From Candidatus Marinacidobacterales bacterium (GTDB lineage Bacteria; Acidobacteriota; Vicinamibacteria; Marinacidobacterales; SMYC01): a stretch of 64,000 nucleotides of DNA. The DNA lies in assembly GCA_965224085.1 (NCBI GenBank), contig CBDCYI010000011.1:1152001-1216000 (forward strand). Direction: 5' to 3'. A program made the position numbers and the translations under genes. The notes below the pieces were generated by a model. The model ran no database searches. It had not been told where the DNA came from and saw only the letters and a list, made by a program, of their open reading frames with translations. Position 1 is the first letter of the stretch. The number at the start of each line of letters is the position of its first letter. This document shows, in pieces, positions 10,186-20,215 of this stretch.

Positions 10186-10619
10186 CGGTTCGGGAATCCC
10201 GAAGTAGATATCGAGAAACCCGTCATTGTCCAAGTCCCCGAAGTTCGAGCCCATCGTCAGGCAGAAGCCGGTCCAGACCGGCAGGCTCAGTGACGTCCGA
10301 AAAGATACCGTTTCCTCGGTTCCGATACAAACGGGGAGACCCGCCTTGGTTCTCGATCTCCATTTAGTCGCCTTCGGCATCAACGACCTTCCACGACGGT
10401 CGTGACACCACCCGCGGGCACGTCGGTCAGAGTCTCCCGCTGGCCGCTCGGCCAAAAGATCTCGACCGACGCCACGCGATCGCGCGTACCGAGCCCGAAG
10501 TGGAGCCTCGGGTCGTTCGACGAGAGGTAGCTCCCGGACGGATGGACTTCCTTCACCTGGCGCCCAGCACTAACGACGACGCGCACACCCACGCCGTCGC
10601 GATTCGTCGACATACCCAC
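10186..10619 (-). pseudogene. Fragments of CRTAC1/ASPIC-UnbV (FG-GAP) proteins
   Basis: 10380-10619 encodes an ASPIC/UnbV C-terminus (NRDGVG...GSYLSSNDPRLHFGLG...WPSG). 10186-10345 encodes a frameshifted RLYRNRGNGIFSDVT..TMGSNFGDLDNDGFLDIYFG piece. Confidence 0.75.
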
Positions 10620-10622
10620 GAG

Positions 10623-11190
10623 TTATATCACCGGCGACCCCGGGAAGAGATTCCCTGTCAAATCATGGGCGGTGACCTCGCGCAGGAGCGCTTCGTCGTG
10701 CGCCACGGCTTCTCGGGTCTCTAGCCTAAGGCCGATGACCCGGCGCAGGCATTCTGCCGCCTCCTCACGCTCCCCGCGCCGGGCGAGCTCGAGAGCCAGG
10801 AGAAACAGCGCGCGCGGATGCTCCGGATAGGCTTCCAAAGCGCGACGGAGCTCGACCACGGCCAGGTCGTGATGGCCGGCGCCAGAGGCGTTCGCCGCCA
10901 GCTCCACGTGCGCCGCGGCCTGTTTCGTCCGGCGGAAGAGCTCGAGCTCACGGCCGGCTTCGTCGCCGTGGCCATCTTTCCGAAGAAGGCGCGCGAGCAG
11001 GTAATGAGGCCCCGGATGCGTGACGTCGAGCTCGGTGACCCGTCCATCGCTTCCGCCGACAAAGAGCTGGTTTTGTTGCGGATAAGGTTCCCCAATCTCG
11101 GGATGCTCGTCGAGCTCTGGATAGATATGCCCGTTGGCGACGAAGAGATCCAACCACCCGTCGTTGTCGATGTCGAGGAAGAAGGTCGAG
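10623..11190 (-). pseudogene. Chimeric remnant: CRTAC1 FG-GAP piece fused to a TPR piece
   Basis: FLDIDNDGWLDLFVANGHIYPE...NQLF joined directly to HYLLARLLRKDGHGDEAGREL TPR units. Confidence 0.65.
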
Positions 11191-11390
11191 TCCTTGAAAA
11201 GGGGAGGTCAGCGAGCGGCTCGGGTTTTTGTGAGGGCAAGTGCATTGAGTCGAGGGTTGTTTTGATGGTGTTATATGCCGCGGCGCCCAACGGAGCCCTA
11301 CCAAGTAGAGCGATCGGTTGCGTTCTTGCGGAGCACAGGTAAGTTCCACTGACCGCCGCCTCCCGCTCTTTCCGGCTCGAGCGGGCGATT

Positions 11391-11600
11391 TCACTTCACG
11401 ACGAACGGCTCATTCACCGCATTGACCGGGTCGACGCCTTTCTTCGATTCCTTGGTCATCCGGGCGACTTCTTCCATCAACTTGTCGTTGTTGATGACGA
11501 TTCCATCTTTGATGGTATGCACGATTCCCTTCGTGCGATACATCTGGCCGTTCTCGTCCAGGGTCAGCGCACCGAAGGAATACAGGAATCGCAGGTTATA
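11391..11600 (-). pseudogene. C-terminal remnant of a third amidohydrolase paralog
   Basis: YNLRFLYSFGALTLDENG...HTIKDGIVIN..LMEEV parallels the C-termini of the two intact paralogs. Confidence 0.7.
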
Positions 11601-13197
11601 AACGGGGGTCCTCCGTCGCACCTGCGGCCTTCGCTTTGGCCACGATCGCCTTCACGTCGTCGAGAAGCTCGGACGCGTCATAGACGATACCGTCCTTGAT
11701 CGTGTAGTTCACCCCGCCTACCCGGCCGGGGCGATTGTTCTCGTCGAGCTTCAACGCACCGGTGCCGTAGAGCACCTTCAAGTTCATCAATGGATTCTCG
11801 TCGACGACGACGAAATCGGCGAGCTTGCCGACTTCCACCGTACCGATCTCGTCCGCGCGGCCGAGGGCTTCCGCTCCTTTGAGCGTCGCCGCCTGAATGA
11901 CCGAAAGCGGATGAAAGCCCGCTTCCCGTAGAAGCTCGAGCTCTCGAATGAAGCCGAAACCGTAGAGCTTGTAAATGAAGCCGGAATCCGACCCGGCAGC
12001 GACGCGCCCACCGCGGTTTTTGTACTCGTTCACGAACATCATCCACAGGCGAAAGTTCTCCTTCCACTCGACCTCGTCCTCGGTGGTCCAGTAGAACCAG
12101 TAGGAGCCGTGAGCCTCCCGGTTGGGCGTGAAGAAATTCCAGAGCGACGGCAGGGTGTAGTCGTCGTGCCACTCTGCTCGGCGGGCGCGCATGAGATCCC
12201 GGCTAGCCTCGTAAATCGTGAAGGTAGGCACGAGGGTGAAGTCGAGCTCGATGAGCTCGTTCATGACCGCGTTCCAGTGGTCACTGAACGGCTCGGCAGC
12301 TTGCTTCCACAACCGACCTGCCTGGCCAAAGCGATGCTGCTCGTTGTTGTAGTTGTAGTCGAGGGGGTAGTTCTGAACGGCGCGGTCGGTGAAAAGCGCC
12401 TCGGGCAGACCGTACCAGTGCTCCATCGAGGTCAATCCCCAGCGCGCGGAGTCGAGAACGTTGTTCCATGCGACGTTGAGCTGGGAGTGGTGGGATGCGG
12501 TTTTGAGCCCCTGTTGCTTGGCTTCGTCGAGTGCTCCTTGCATGACTTCGGGACTCGCCCCCAGAAATTTGATACCGTCCGCGCCCGCGCTCGCGATCTC
12601 TCGTACCCACGCCCTTGCCTCCTCTTGTGTTTCGATCGATGCCTCTTGCCCTTGCCCGAAGAACGAGTAGATGGATAGCCGCGGCGCCGTGATCTCGTTT
12701 CGCGCGCTCTTCGCGCGATGCTCCTTCATCCAGTCAATGCCATTCATCGATCCGGGGTCGCGCACCGTCGTGATGCCGTGACCCAACCAGAGCTTAAACA
12801 CGTATTCCGAAGGTGTCCCTTGCTGGGTCCCACCCACGTGGCCGTGCATGTCGATGAGACCGGGTAGCAAGTACATCCCGTCGAGGTCGATTTCTCGGCC
12901 GCCGTTTGCCGGCGGACGATTCTCGGGGTCGATAGCCACTCCCGGATAGCCGACACTCTTGATCTGAACGATACGGTTGGCTTCCACGACGACATCCACG
13001 GGTCCTACCGGCGGTGCGCCCGTCCCATCGATGAGCGTCGCTCCTCGTAGAATCAACCGGTCGAACGGGCCCTCACCTTCCGCGCGCGGAGGCGCAGGAG
13101 CGACCTCCTCGATGGCGGTGACGTTTTGCTCCTGAGCACGAGCGGCCCCTCCGAGCCCGATGACGATTACTGAAATGATGACCAGAATACGGTGCAT
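11596..13197 (-). CDS. Secreted amidohydrolase family protein (paralog of 8510-10132)
   Basis: Start MHRILVIISV at 13197; PGLIDMHGH, AAGSDSG and VGKLADFVVVDENPL motifs. Confidence 0.9.
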   Translation of the reverse strand: MHRILVIISVIVIGLGGAARAQEQNVTAIEEVAPAPPRAEGEGPFDRLILRGATLIDGTGAPPVGPVDVVVEANRIVQIKSVGYPGVAIDPENRPPANGGREIDLDGMYLLPGLIDMHGHVGGTQQGTPSEYVFKLWLGHGITTVRDPGSMNGIDWMKEHRAKSARNEITAPRLSIYSFFGQGQEASIETQEEARAWVREIASAGADGIKFLGASPEVMQGALDEAKQQGLKTASHHSQLNVAWNNVLDSARWGLTSMEHWYGLPEALFTDRAVQNYPLDYNYNNEQHRFGQAGRLWKQAAEPFSDHWNAVMNELIELDFTLVPTFTIYEASRDLMRARRAEWHDDYTLPSLWNFFTPNREAHGSYWFYWTTEDEVEWKENFRLWMMFVNEYKNRGGRVAAGSDSGFIYKLYGFGFIRELELLREAGFHPLSVIQAATLKGAEALGRADEIGTVEVGKLADFVVVDENPLMNLKVLYGTGALKLDENNRPGRVGGVNYTIKDGIVYDASELLDDVKAIVAKAKAAGATEDPRL

Positions 13198-13274
13198 GGC
13201 TTTCCCTTTCCGTCGTTGGCTTTCCCGAAGTATACCGGGTCGCGGGACTGGTCTAAGGCGCGGCCCCTTCTCGT

Positions 13275-14836
13275 TTACTCGAAGCCCGTCACGCCCAGCT
13301 GCGTGAGGAGAAAAGTGAGTTCGGACGCGCGGTCTTCGATGACTTGCGAGAGCGGCAGCCCGCGGCTCGCGGCGTGGCCCGCTTTTTCGTGATAGCGCAA
13401 GATGACGGGCAGTCCTGAAGAGGTCGCGTTCTGAAGCCGCGCGGTCATCTTGCGCGCCTGGAGCGGTGGTACGCGCGTGTCGCGATCGCCCGACGTGAGC
13501 ATGACCGCGGGATAGCGGGTCCCGTCCGACACCGCTTGGTATGGGGAGTATTTGCGGAGGAATGCGAACTGCTCCGGGATAGAAGCATCTCCATATTCGA
13601 GAAGCGCGGGCAAGTTGTTGGTCTTCGTGAAAGTGTTGAACCGGACCATGTCGAGATCGGGGAAGCCGCATAGGACCGCTCGAAAAAGTTCCGGGCGCTG
13701 GGTGAGGGCGCTCGCGACGAGGAGCCCGCCATTGCTGGCTCCTCGGATCGCGAGCAAGTCGGAGCGCGTGTAGCCGCTCGCGATGAGCCATTCGGAAGCC
13801 GCGAGAAAATCATCGAAGACGTTCTGTTTGCGCTCGAGCATGCCATCGCGATGCCAGCGTTCGCCAAATTCGCTTCCACCGCGCAAGTTGGCGAGCGCGA
13901 AAATGCCGCCATGCTCGATCCAGGCAGCCGCCATCACGTCGAAACGGGGCGTCTGCGCGGCGTTGAAACCTCCATAGCCATGCAGCAATGTGGGCGCTGG
14001 CGAGTGTTCTGACCGGTCTGCCGCGTGCACGAGATATATCGGTATTTCGATGCCGTCCTTCGACGGGTAGCGGACCTGTTCTACGACCAGACCTGTCGCA
14101 TCGAAGTGCACCTCGGACGCGCGCCATACCTCCCGCGCGTCGGTCTCGAGGTCGACGAGATAGGTCGTCTCGGGCTGAAGGAAGGACTCGACCGTCAGGA
14201 GTGCCTTTCCCGGCCCGGCCTCGCGAAGCGTGGCGCGGTGATGATCGGGAATCGCTACCTCTCCCGCCGCCGCGCCGTCGAGCGCGAAGGCTCGGATGCC
14301 CGCGCCGACGTTGTGGAGATAAGTGAGGTAGAGCTTCTCGCCGATGATCGTGAAGTATCGACTCGGGCCGTTCGGTCTGGGCTCATGTCATGCGGGTCGA
14401 GAACGAGCTCGTAATCTTCGTCGGGCTCGATGCGTACGAGCGCGTCCTCCTCCGGGGCCGCTCGCCGGTAGATGACGGGAAGCTCTTGCCCGGCGCGCCG
14501 CAAGGTGAAGTACTCGAAGCTGCCACCTTTTTGCGTTGGGCCGATCCTGTCCACGTCCATGAGCTCGCGAAGCCGAGCCCGTAGCTGGTCGCGCAGCTCA
14601 GGTTCTCCGATGATCTGTTCGGCGTAAACGTTTTGGTGATCGATCCAGTTCCGGGTTGCGTCGTCGTCTTGCGCCTCTAGCCACCGATAAGGATCCGGGA
14701 TGGCTTCGCCGTGGATCGTGTCCACGATGTCGCCGTGCGCCGTCGCTGGCGGCGCCGGATATGGGGACGTGCAAGCGACGGTCAGAAGCGCTGCGCTCGC
14801 CATCAAGTTGACTCTTGCTCTACTCATCAACATCAT
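13275..14836 (-). pseudogene. Prolyl oligopeptidase (S9A) with an internal out-of-frame deletion in the beta-propeller
   Basis: N-terminus DPYRWLE and catalytic domain GASNGG / DTRVPP / AGH are present. The frame changes at ~14357 (RVD|YFTII) and much of the propeller is missing. Confidence 0.85.
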
Positions 14837-16605
14837 TGGGCTCCTTCGAGTTTCGCCTGGATGAAGCTTTCGACTTGCTCTTCCAATACAGGCATCGACA
14901 CCGGACCGTTCAAGAGCACGACGTCGTGAAACTCGCGCACGTCGAACTTCTCGCCGAGCCTCTCGGTCGCGCGCGCGCGGAGCTCGCGAATCTTGAGCTC
15001 GCCCATCTTATAGGCGAGCGCTTGGCCTGGCCAAGCGATATAGCGGTCCGTTTCGGTCGTGACTTCGTGGATGGAAAGCGCCGTCCTCGCGGCGAGATAG
15101 TCGATCGACTGCTGCCGTCGCCAGCCCATCGCGTGGATGCCGGTGTCGACGACCAGGCGGCAGGCGCGCCACATCTCGTAAGTGAGACGTCCGAAGTTGC
15201 TATAGGGATCTTCGTAGAAGCCTGCCTCGAGACCAAGTCGTTCCGAGTAGAGACCCCAGCCTTCGCCAAAAGCGCCGATGCCGGAGAAACGGCGAAACGC
15301 GGGCAGATCCGTCAACTCCATGCGCAACGCGTTTTGTAAATGGTGCCCGGGCACGGCCTCGTGAAGGGTCAGCGATTCCAGTGTGTAGAGCGGGCGGTTC
15401 TCGAGCTTGTAAGTGTTGACCCAATAATATCCTGGCTCATGACTCCCGACCGCGGGGCCGACATAGCGGCCGCCGGTGTATTTTGGCGCGATGTGATCCG
15501 GGACCGGTTGGACACCGTAGGGGAGGCGGGGGAGTGTTTGGAATAGAGATGGAAGCTTGGCGTCCATTTTTTTCGCGATGAAAGAGGCCTCTTTCAGCAG
15601 CTCCTCGGGGGTCTTCGCGTAGAAGCGCGGATCGGTGCGGAGGAAATCGAGAAATGCGCGAAAACCGCCCTCGAAACCAACCTCTTCGATGATGGCGACC
15701 ATCTCGGCTCGGATGCGCGCGACCTCGGCGAGCCCCGTTTCGTGGACTTCTTGGGGCGTGCGATCGAGCGTCGTGAAGTGCCGGACGAGATAGGCGTAAT
15801 ACGCGTCGCCGTTCGGAAGCTCGGACGCGCCGATCGACTCGCGTGTGCTGGGCCGATACTCCGTCCTCATGAACTCCAAAAAGGCACGATAGCCCGCGAC
15901 CACGCCGTCCATGATGGCCTCTTGCGCGCTCTCGCGAAGGCGCTCGTGCTCGGCCTCCGGGATCGACGCGGCAAAGCGGGTGAGCGGCGCATAGAAGAGG
16001 CTGTTTTCGGGTCGGTCGACGACGTGGCTTTCGATCGTGACGTCATAGCCTTCGAGAACGACCCGCGGCAAGCTCATCCCGGTCTCGAGTCCTTCGCGCA
16101 TGAGCCCGATATGTTGGTCCACATATCGCGGGAAGGCTCGAAGCCGGGCGATGTAGTTTTCGTAGTCCGTCGTCGCCTCGAAAGGCATGCGGCTCGGGAG
16201 CCGCGAGAAGGCGATATGGAATCCGGAATCCGCGTTGATCGGGATCTGAAACGACTGGAACACGAACTCCGACAGAGCGTCCGCGAGCTCACGCGCGAAC
16301 ATGTCGTAGCTGATGCGGTCCGCTGGTGTTAGCTGGGAGCGGTCGATGGTCCGAAGGCGCTCCAAGAACCCGCCGCGGGCCTCGGCGCGTCGCGTCTCGT
16401 CCTCGGTCGAAACCGATGGTAGAAGATGGTCGTTCTCGTGATGTCCGACGCTCGTCGCGCGCAAAGGGTTTTCCCGAAGCTCGAACGCCCAAGCATCTTC
16501 AAAAAGAGCGTGCAAGCGTTCACCTGGGTCGATGCGGCTCGACGGGCTTTTGTCGCAGGCGATGAGCATGAAGAGGGGAATAAGTGCTATCCACGAGGAA
16601 CGCAT
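14833..16605 (-). CDS. DUF885 family lipoprotein
   Basis: Lipobox LIAC; HEAVPGHHLQ, EGWGLYSE, WRACRLVVDTGIH and PGQALAYKMG motifs. Confidence 0.92.
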   Translation of the reverse strand: MRSSWIALIPLFMLIACDKSPSSRIDPGERLHALFEDAWAFELRENPLRATSVGHHENDHLLPSVSTEDETRRAEARGGFLERLRTIDRSQLTPADRISYDMFARELADALSEFVFQSFQIPINADSGFHIAFSRLPSRMPFEATTDYENYIARLRAFPRYVDQHIGLMREGLETGMSLPRVVLEGYDVTIESHVVDRPENSLFYAPLTRFAASIPEAEHERLRESAQEAIMDGVVAGYRAFLEFMRTEYRPSTRESIGASELPNGDAYYAYLVRHFTTLDRTPQEVHETGLAEVARIRAEMVAIIEEVGFEGGFRAFLDFLRTDPRFYAKTPEELLKEASFIAKKMDAKLPSLFQTLPRLPYGVQPVPDHIAPKYTGGRYVGPAVGSHEPGYYWVNTYKLENRPLYTLESLTLHEAVPGHHLQNALRMELTDLPAFRRFSGIGAFGEGWGLYSERLGLEAGFYEDPYSNFGRLTYEMWRACRLVVDTGIHAMGWRRQQSIDYLAARTALSIHEVTTETDRYIAWPGQALAYKMGELKIRELRARATERLGEKFDVREFHDVVLLNGPVSMPVLEEQVESFIQAKLEGAQ

Positions 16606-16671
16606 GATCGTCTCCTTGTCTCTTGGCGGCCCTGGATAGCAAGAAGCCATACCAGTTGTCAACGAGCGCAG

Positions 16672-16929
16672 CTCTCTTTCTGTGGTGCGGAGGCTCCGCA
16701 CCTGGAGGCGCTTTACCGGAAATATCGGGAGCAGGATGTTCAGGTGTTCGTGGTAGACGTAAAGGAATCCCAGACCACGACCGCGGAGTGGGCCGACAAG
16801 ATGGGCCATACGTTTCCCGTCCTTCTCGACGCGGACGGCACGGTGTCGGCGTCGTGCGCGCCAGAGGGGTTACTCCCTGATCTCGCACGAGATCAGGTGC
16901 CCATTGCCAGCAACCTCATCATTGATTGA
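16672..16929 (+). pseudogene. TlpA/redoxin-like fragment
   Basis: FCGAEAPHLEALYRKY...FPVLLDADG...PIASNLIID*; the first Cys of CxxC and the C-terminus are missing. Confidence 0.65.
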
Positions 16930-16990
16930 AACGCATCGATTCCACCTTCCGTCGACTTCAGTTCCGTTGGGTGCGAGCTCTGAAACGAGC

Positions 16991-18778
16991 TCAGCAAGAA
17001 ACGCAGCGGTTGTTGTTCACCGCGCCGAGACTCACGAGAAGATCGCGCGCCTCCGGGAACGGCTGCACGCGCTGAACGGGTCCATTGGCCATATCAGCGG
17101 TGGAGCGATCTTCGCGGTTGACGGCGGTGACGTCGGCGCCTTTCGAGACGAGATACTCGATCAGCTCGACGTGACCCATCGAGGCGGCGTTGTGAAGCGG
17201 CGTGCTGCCTTCTTGATCCCGCGCGTTCACGTCCGCCCCGCACTCTTCCACGAGATAGCGGACGGCCGGCATGAAGCCTGCCGGGTGGTTGCGATGGTCG
17301 TTCGCGGCGAAGCCTTCGCCATAGCCCGCGCCCGTCGCACCGTGTAGCGGCGTCATCGCGGGCCCGCCGACGGGAACCGGCGCTTGCCCGGACACGTCTT
17401 TGATCTCCCGCGCGCTCTGGTTCGCGACCGGCGGACGATAACCGGCATTGCTCGTCGGGATATTCGTGTCCGCGCCATAGGCTCGTAGGAGCTTCATTGC
17501 AGCGACGTCGCTTCCATAGGCAGCGCGCCAAAAAGGTGTGGCGCCTATCTCGTTGATCGACGAGCGGTCGAAGTTATAGCCCATGAACCACACTTTTTTC
17601 TTCACACGGACGTTCGGGTCCGCGCCCGCTAAAAGGAGCGCTTCCATCAGCTCGAGATGGGTGAGCTTTTGTTGTTTGTGCGCGGTCGGTTGCGGGTAGG
17701 CCGCCCGCGGCGCCCAAGCTAGATTGATCGTCGCGTAGAGCGGCGTCACGTCTGCTGGCTCGCTCGCAAGATTGGGATCCGCGCCTTCGTCCACGAGGAG
17801 CTTGGCGAGATCGAAGTGGCCGTTCATCGTCGCGATGAGGAGCGGGCTCGTCTCGCTGCCTTCGGCGACACGATCGATGTCTGCGCCGGCCTCGAGAAGC
17901 GCTCGGACGGAGTCGGTCTGGCCTTGCCGCGCCGCGAAAAGAAGTGCGCTCATCCCGCCTTGCACGCCGACGCGGTTACCGAACGGCTCCCGCTGGCGCC
18001 GAGGCGGTTCGTTCTCCTCGCCGCCACCAGGGATCATCCAGCCAAAGAGCTTCGCGAAGAAGCTCTTTTCGGGCTTTTGGTCATCCTCTACTTGCGCTAC
18101 GTCGTCGCCCGCAGCTTTGGCGCGTGCCTTGCGCAAATCCTCGATCCGCTTCTCGAAACCGTCTCGGATGGCTTTGTTGAGCGTCGGCACGTCGATGACG
18201 TCGGTCACGAGGCTCAGCTCGGCGCCGCGCTCGATGAGAAGCTCGATCACTCTGTGTCGACCGTTGGCCGCGGCGAACATGAGAGCCGTTTGGCCGCCGC
18301 TCGACTCGCGGGCGTTGACATCGGGCTCGCGATCGAGAAGGAGGCGGACCGACTCGACGCTTCCCGAGGCGGAGGCGAACATGAGCGCGGTCGCGCCGGT
18401 CGTCGTGGCGTCGTTCGCGTCGGCCCCCGCAGCGAGAAGCGTCTCGACCATTGACGCGTTTCCGTGCTTGCTCGCGAAAAGCAGAGGCGTATGAGCCCCG
18501 AGCCGAGTGGTCGCGCGGACGTTCGCTCCCGCGTATAGAAGCATCTCTGCCATTGCGACGTCGTTTGCGCGCGCGGCCCAGTGGAGCGCCGTCGTGCCCC
18601 CGCCTTGAGCCGCGTTCACGTCGAGCCCTTGCTGCAACAATGCGCGTACCACTTCACGGTCGCCTTGCTCTGCCGCGTCCGCGACGGGGAAGGGGCTCAT
18701 CGTGACGTCGACCGGCCCTGCTGCCGCCAAAGCAAAAACGCCGAGCGCGAGAATCATCCGGTATCGCATCTTTCTCAT
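16991..18778 (-). CDS. Secreted ankyrin-repeat protein
   Basis: Multiple G.TALHWAA / TPLLFAS / TALMFAA repeats; typical third gene of the DUF1592-DUF1552 cluster. Confidence 0.92.
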   Translation of the reverse strand: MRKMRYRMILALGVFALAAAGPVDVTMSPFPVADAAEQGDREVVRALLQQGLDVNAAQGGGTTALHWAARANDVAMAEMLLYAGANVRATTRLGAHTPLLFASKHGNASMVETLLAAGADANDATTTGATALMFASASGSVESVRLLLDREPDVNARESSGGQTALMFAAANGRHRVIELLIERGAELSLVTDVIDVPTLNKAIRDGFEKRIEDLRKARAKAAGDDVAQVEDDQKPEKSFFAKLFGWMIPGGGEENEPPRRQREPFGNRVGVQGGMSALLFAARQGQTDSVRALLEAGADIDRVAEGSETSPLLIATMNGHFDLAKLLVDEGADPNLASEPADVTPLYATINLAWAPRAAYPQPTAHKQQKLTHLELMEALLLAGADPNVRVKKKVWFMGYNFDRSSINEIGATPFWRAAYGSDVAAMKLLRAYGADTNIPTSNAGYRPPVANQSAREIKDVSGQAPVPVGGPAMTPLHGATGAGYGEGFAANDHRNHPAGFMPAVRYLVEECGADVNARDQEGSTPLHNAASMGHVELIEYLVSKGADVTAVNREDRSTADMANGPVQRVQPFPEARDLLVSLGAVNNNRCVSC

Positions 18779-18807
18779 GGTCTACCCGGTCTCATGGTCT
18801 ACCCGGT
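18773..18807. repeat. 17-bp tandem duplication spanning the DUF1552 stop and the ankyrin start
   Basis: tctcatggtctacccgg x2; also present in the duplicated copy at 24962-24996. Confidence 0.9.
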
Positions 18808-20205
18808 GACCTCCGTTTGGCTCACTGGAACGCTCGTCAAGTCGAGCGGCTCGGTGCTGTCTCCGAAGGACTCGCGATCGTCGAAGCCGAGCTTGTGCAG
18901 AACGCTCAGCATGGCGTTGGCTGTCGGCGTTTGGTCGGCCGCTTTGATGTGAAGGTTTCCTGGGAGCTGGCCATTCGCGTGGCCAGCGAGAAAGAGGGGA
19001 ACGCGTTTGTGGTTGTGAATGTTCGGGTCTCCCATCGGGGAGCCGTAGAGAATCAGGCTCTTCTCTAGAAGGTCGCTCCCGTTCTCCTCGGCGTCCTGAA
19101 GCTTCTTCAGCAGATAGGGCACGAGGCTCACGTGGTAGAGGTTGATCTTCGATAGCTTGATGACGCCTGGCTCCCGGCCCCTGTGATGAGAAGCATTGTG
19201 AAAGCCTTCGTAGACGCCGCTTTCGGGAAACGAACGCCCCGAGACATCGCGGCTCATCTTGAACGAGACGACGCGCGTCATGTCGGCCATAAAGGCAAGC
19301 GTCATCAGATCGAACATGATCTCGACGTGCTCGCTATAGGAGTCGGGCACGCCGATCGGGGCATCCGGAAGCTCGCGGAGCTCGCCGCTTTGGTTGCGCT
19401 CTTCGACTTTCTCGATGCGCCGCTCGATCTCCCGGATGTTCTCGAGATAGGCATCGAGCCGGTTTCGATCGCTCGGGCCGAGCGTTCCTTTGAGCCGTGC
19501 GACCTCGCTCGGGATCCAGTCGAGGATGCTGCGATGGGCCTCGCGCCGCGCGGCACGCTTTTCCGGACTTCCGCCGGAGCCGAAGAGCTGGTCGAAGGCC
19601 AGGCGCGGATCGCGGATCATGGGGAGCGGCTCTGTCGCCGATGCCCAGCTGATTGTATCCATGTAGACGCAGGCATAGCCGTAGAGGCAGCCGCCCGACT
19701 GGTCCACGTTCTCGATACACAGCTGCATCGAGGGGATGGGATTGTCTTGGCCGAACCGCTGAGCGTAGAGCTGATCGAGCGACGTTCCCGCGGTAATGTC
19801 CGAGCCTTCGGTTTGCTTCGGGTGCGATTGCGTGAGGTAGACGGAGCTCGAGCGGAAATGGTCGCCTCCGGTCTCCGGCGGTGTGAACGCCTCGGCGTTG
19901 CGGGTGTCGGTGTTGCTCACGATCGTGACGTAATCGCGAAAGGGTTCGAGCGGGCTCAAGCTGCTCGGCGTCAAATCGAAATCGTGGCCCACGGCGGCGG
20001 GCGACCAAAGGTTTTTCTCGGCGCCGATCTTGTTGCTGCCGGCGGCGCCATGCACCATCTCCATGCACACCAAACGTGTTGGGTCGGTGGTCGCCCCCCA
20101 GGCTTTGCGGGTGGGGATCATCGCCTCCAACATCGGAAGCGCCACCGTTGCGCCCATACCGCGCAGCACGCTGCGGCGGGATATGTGTTTGTTCGTTACG
20201 TACAC
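18799..20205 (-). CDS. DUF1552 (HXXSHH) domain protein
   Basis: ISRRSVLRGMGATVALPMLEAM N-terminus; FHNASHH motif; YGSPMGDPNIHNH. GTG start near 20205 is approximate. Confidence 0.9.
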   Translation of the reverse strand: MYVTNKHISRRSVLRGMGATVALPMLEAMIPTRKAWGATTDPTRLVCMEMVHGAAGSNKIGAEKNLWSPAAVGHDFDLTPSSLSPLEPFRDYVTIVSNTDTRNAEAFTPPETGGDHFRSSSVYLTQSHPKQTEGSDITAGTSLDQLYAQRFGQDNPIPSMQLCIENVDQSGGCLYGYACVYMDTISWASATEPLPMIRDPRLAFDQLFGSGGSPEKRAARREAHRSILDWIPSEVARLKGTLGPSDRNRLDAYLENIREIERRIEKVEERNQSGELRELPDAPIGVPDSYSEHVEIMFDLMTLAFMADMTRVVSFKMSRDVSGRSFPESGVYEGFHNASHHRGREPGVIKLSKINLYHVSLVPYLLKKLQDAEENGSDLLEKSLILYGSPMGDPNIHNHKRVPLFLAGHANGQLPGNLHIKAADQTPTANAMLSVLHKLGFDDRESFGDSTEPLDLTSVPVSQTEVTG

Positions 20206-20215
20206 GGGACTCTCC

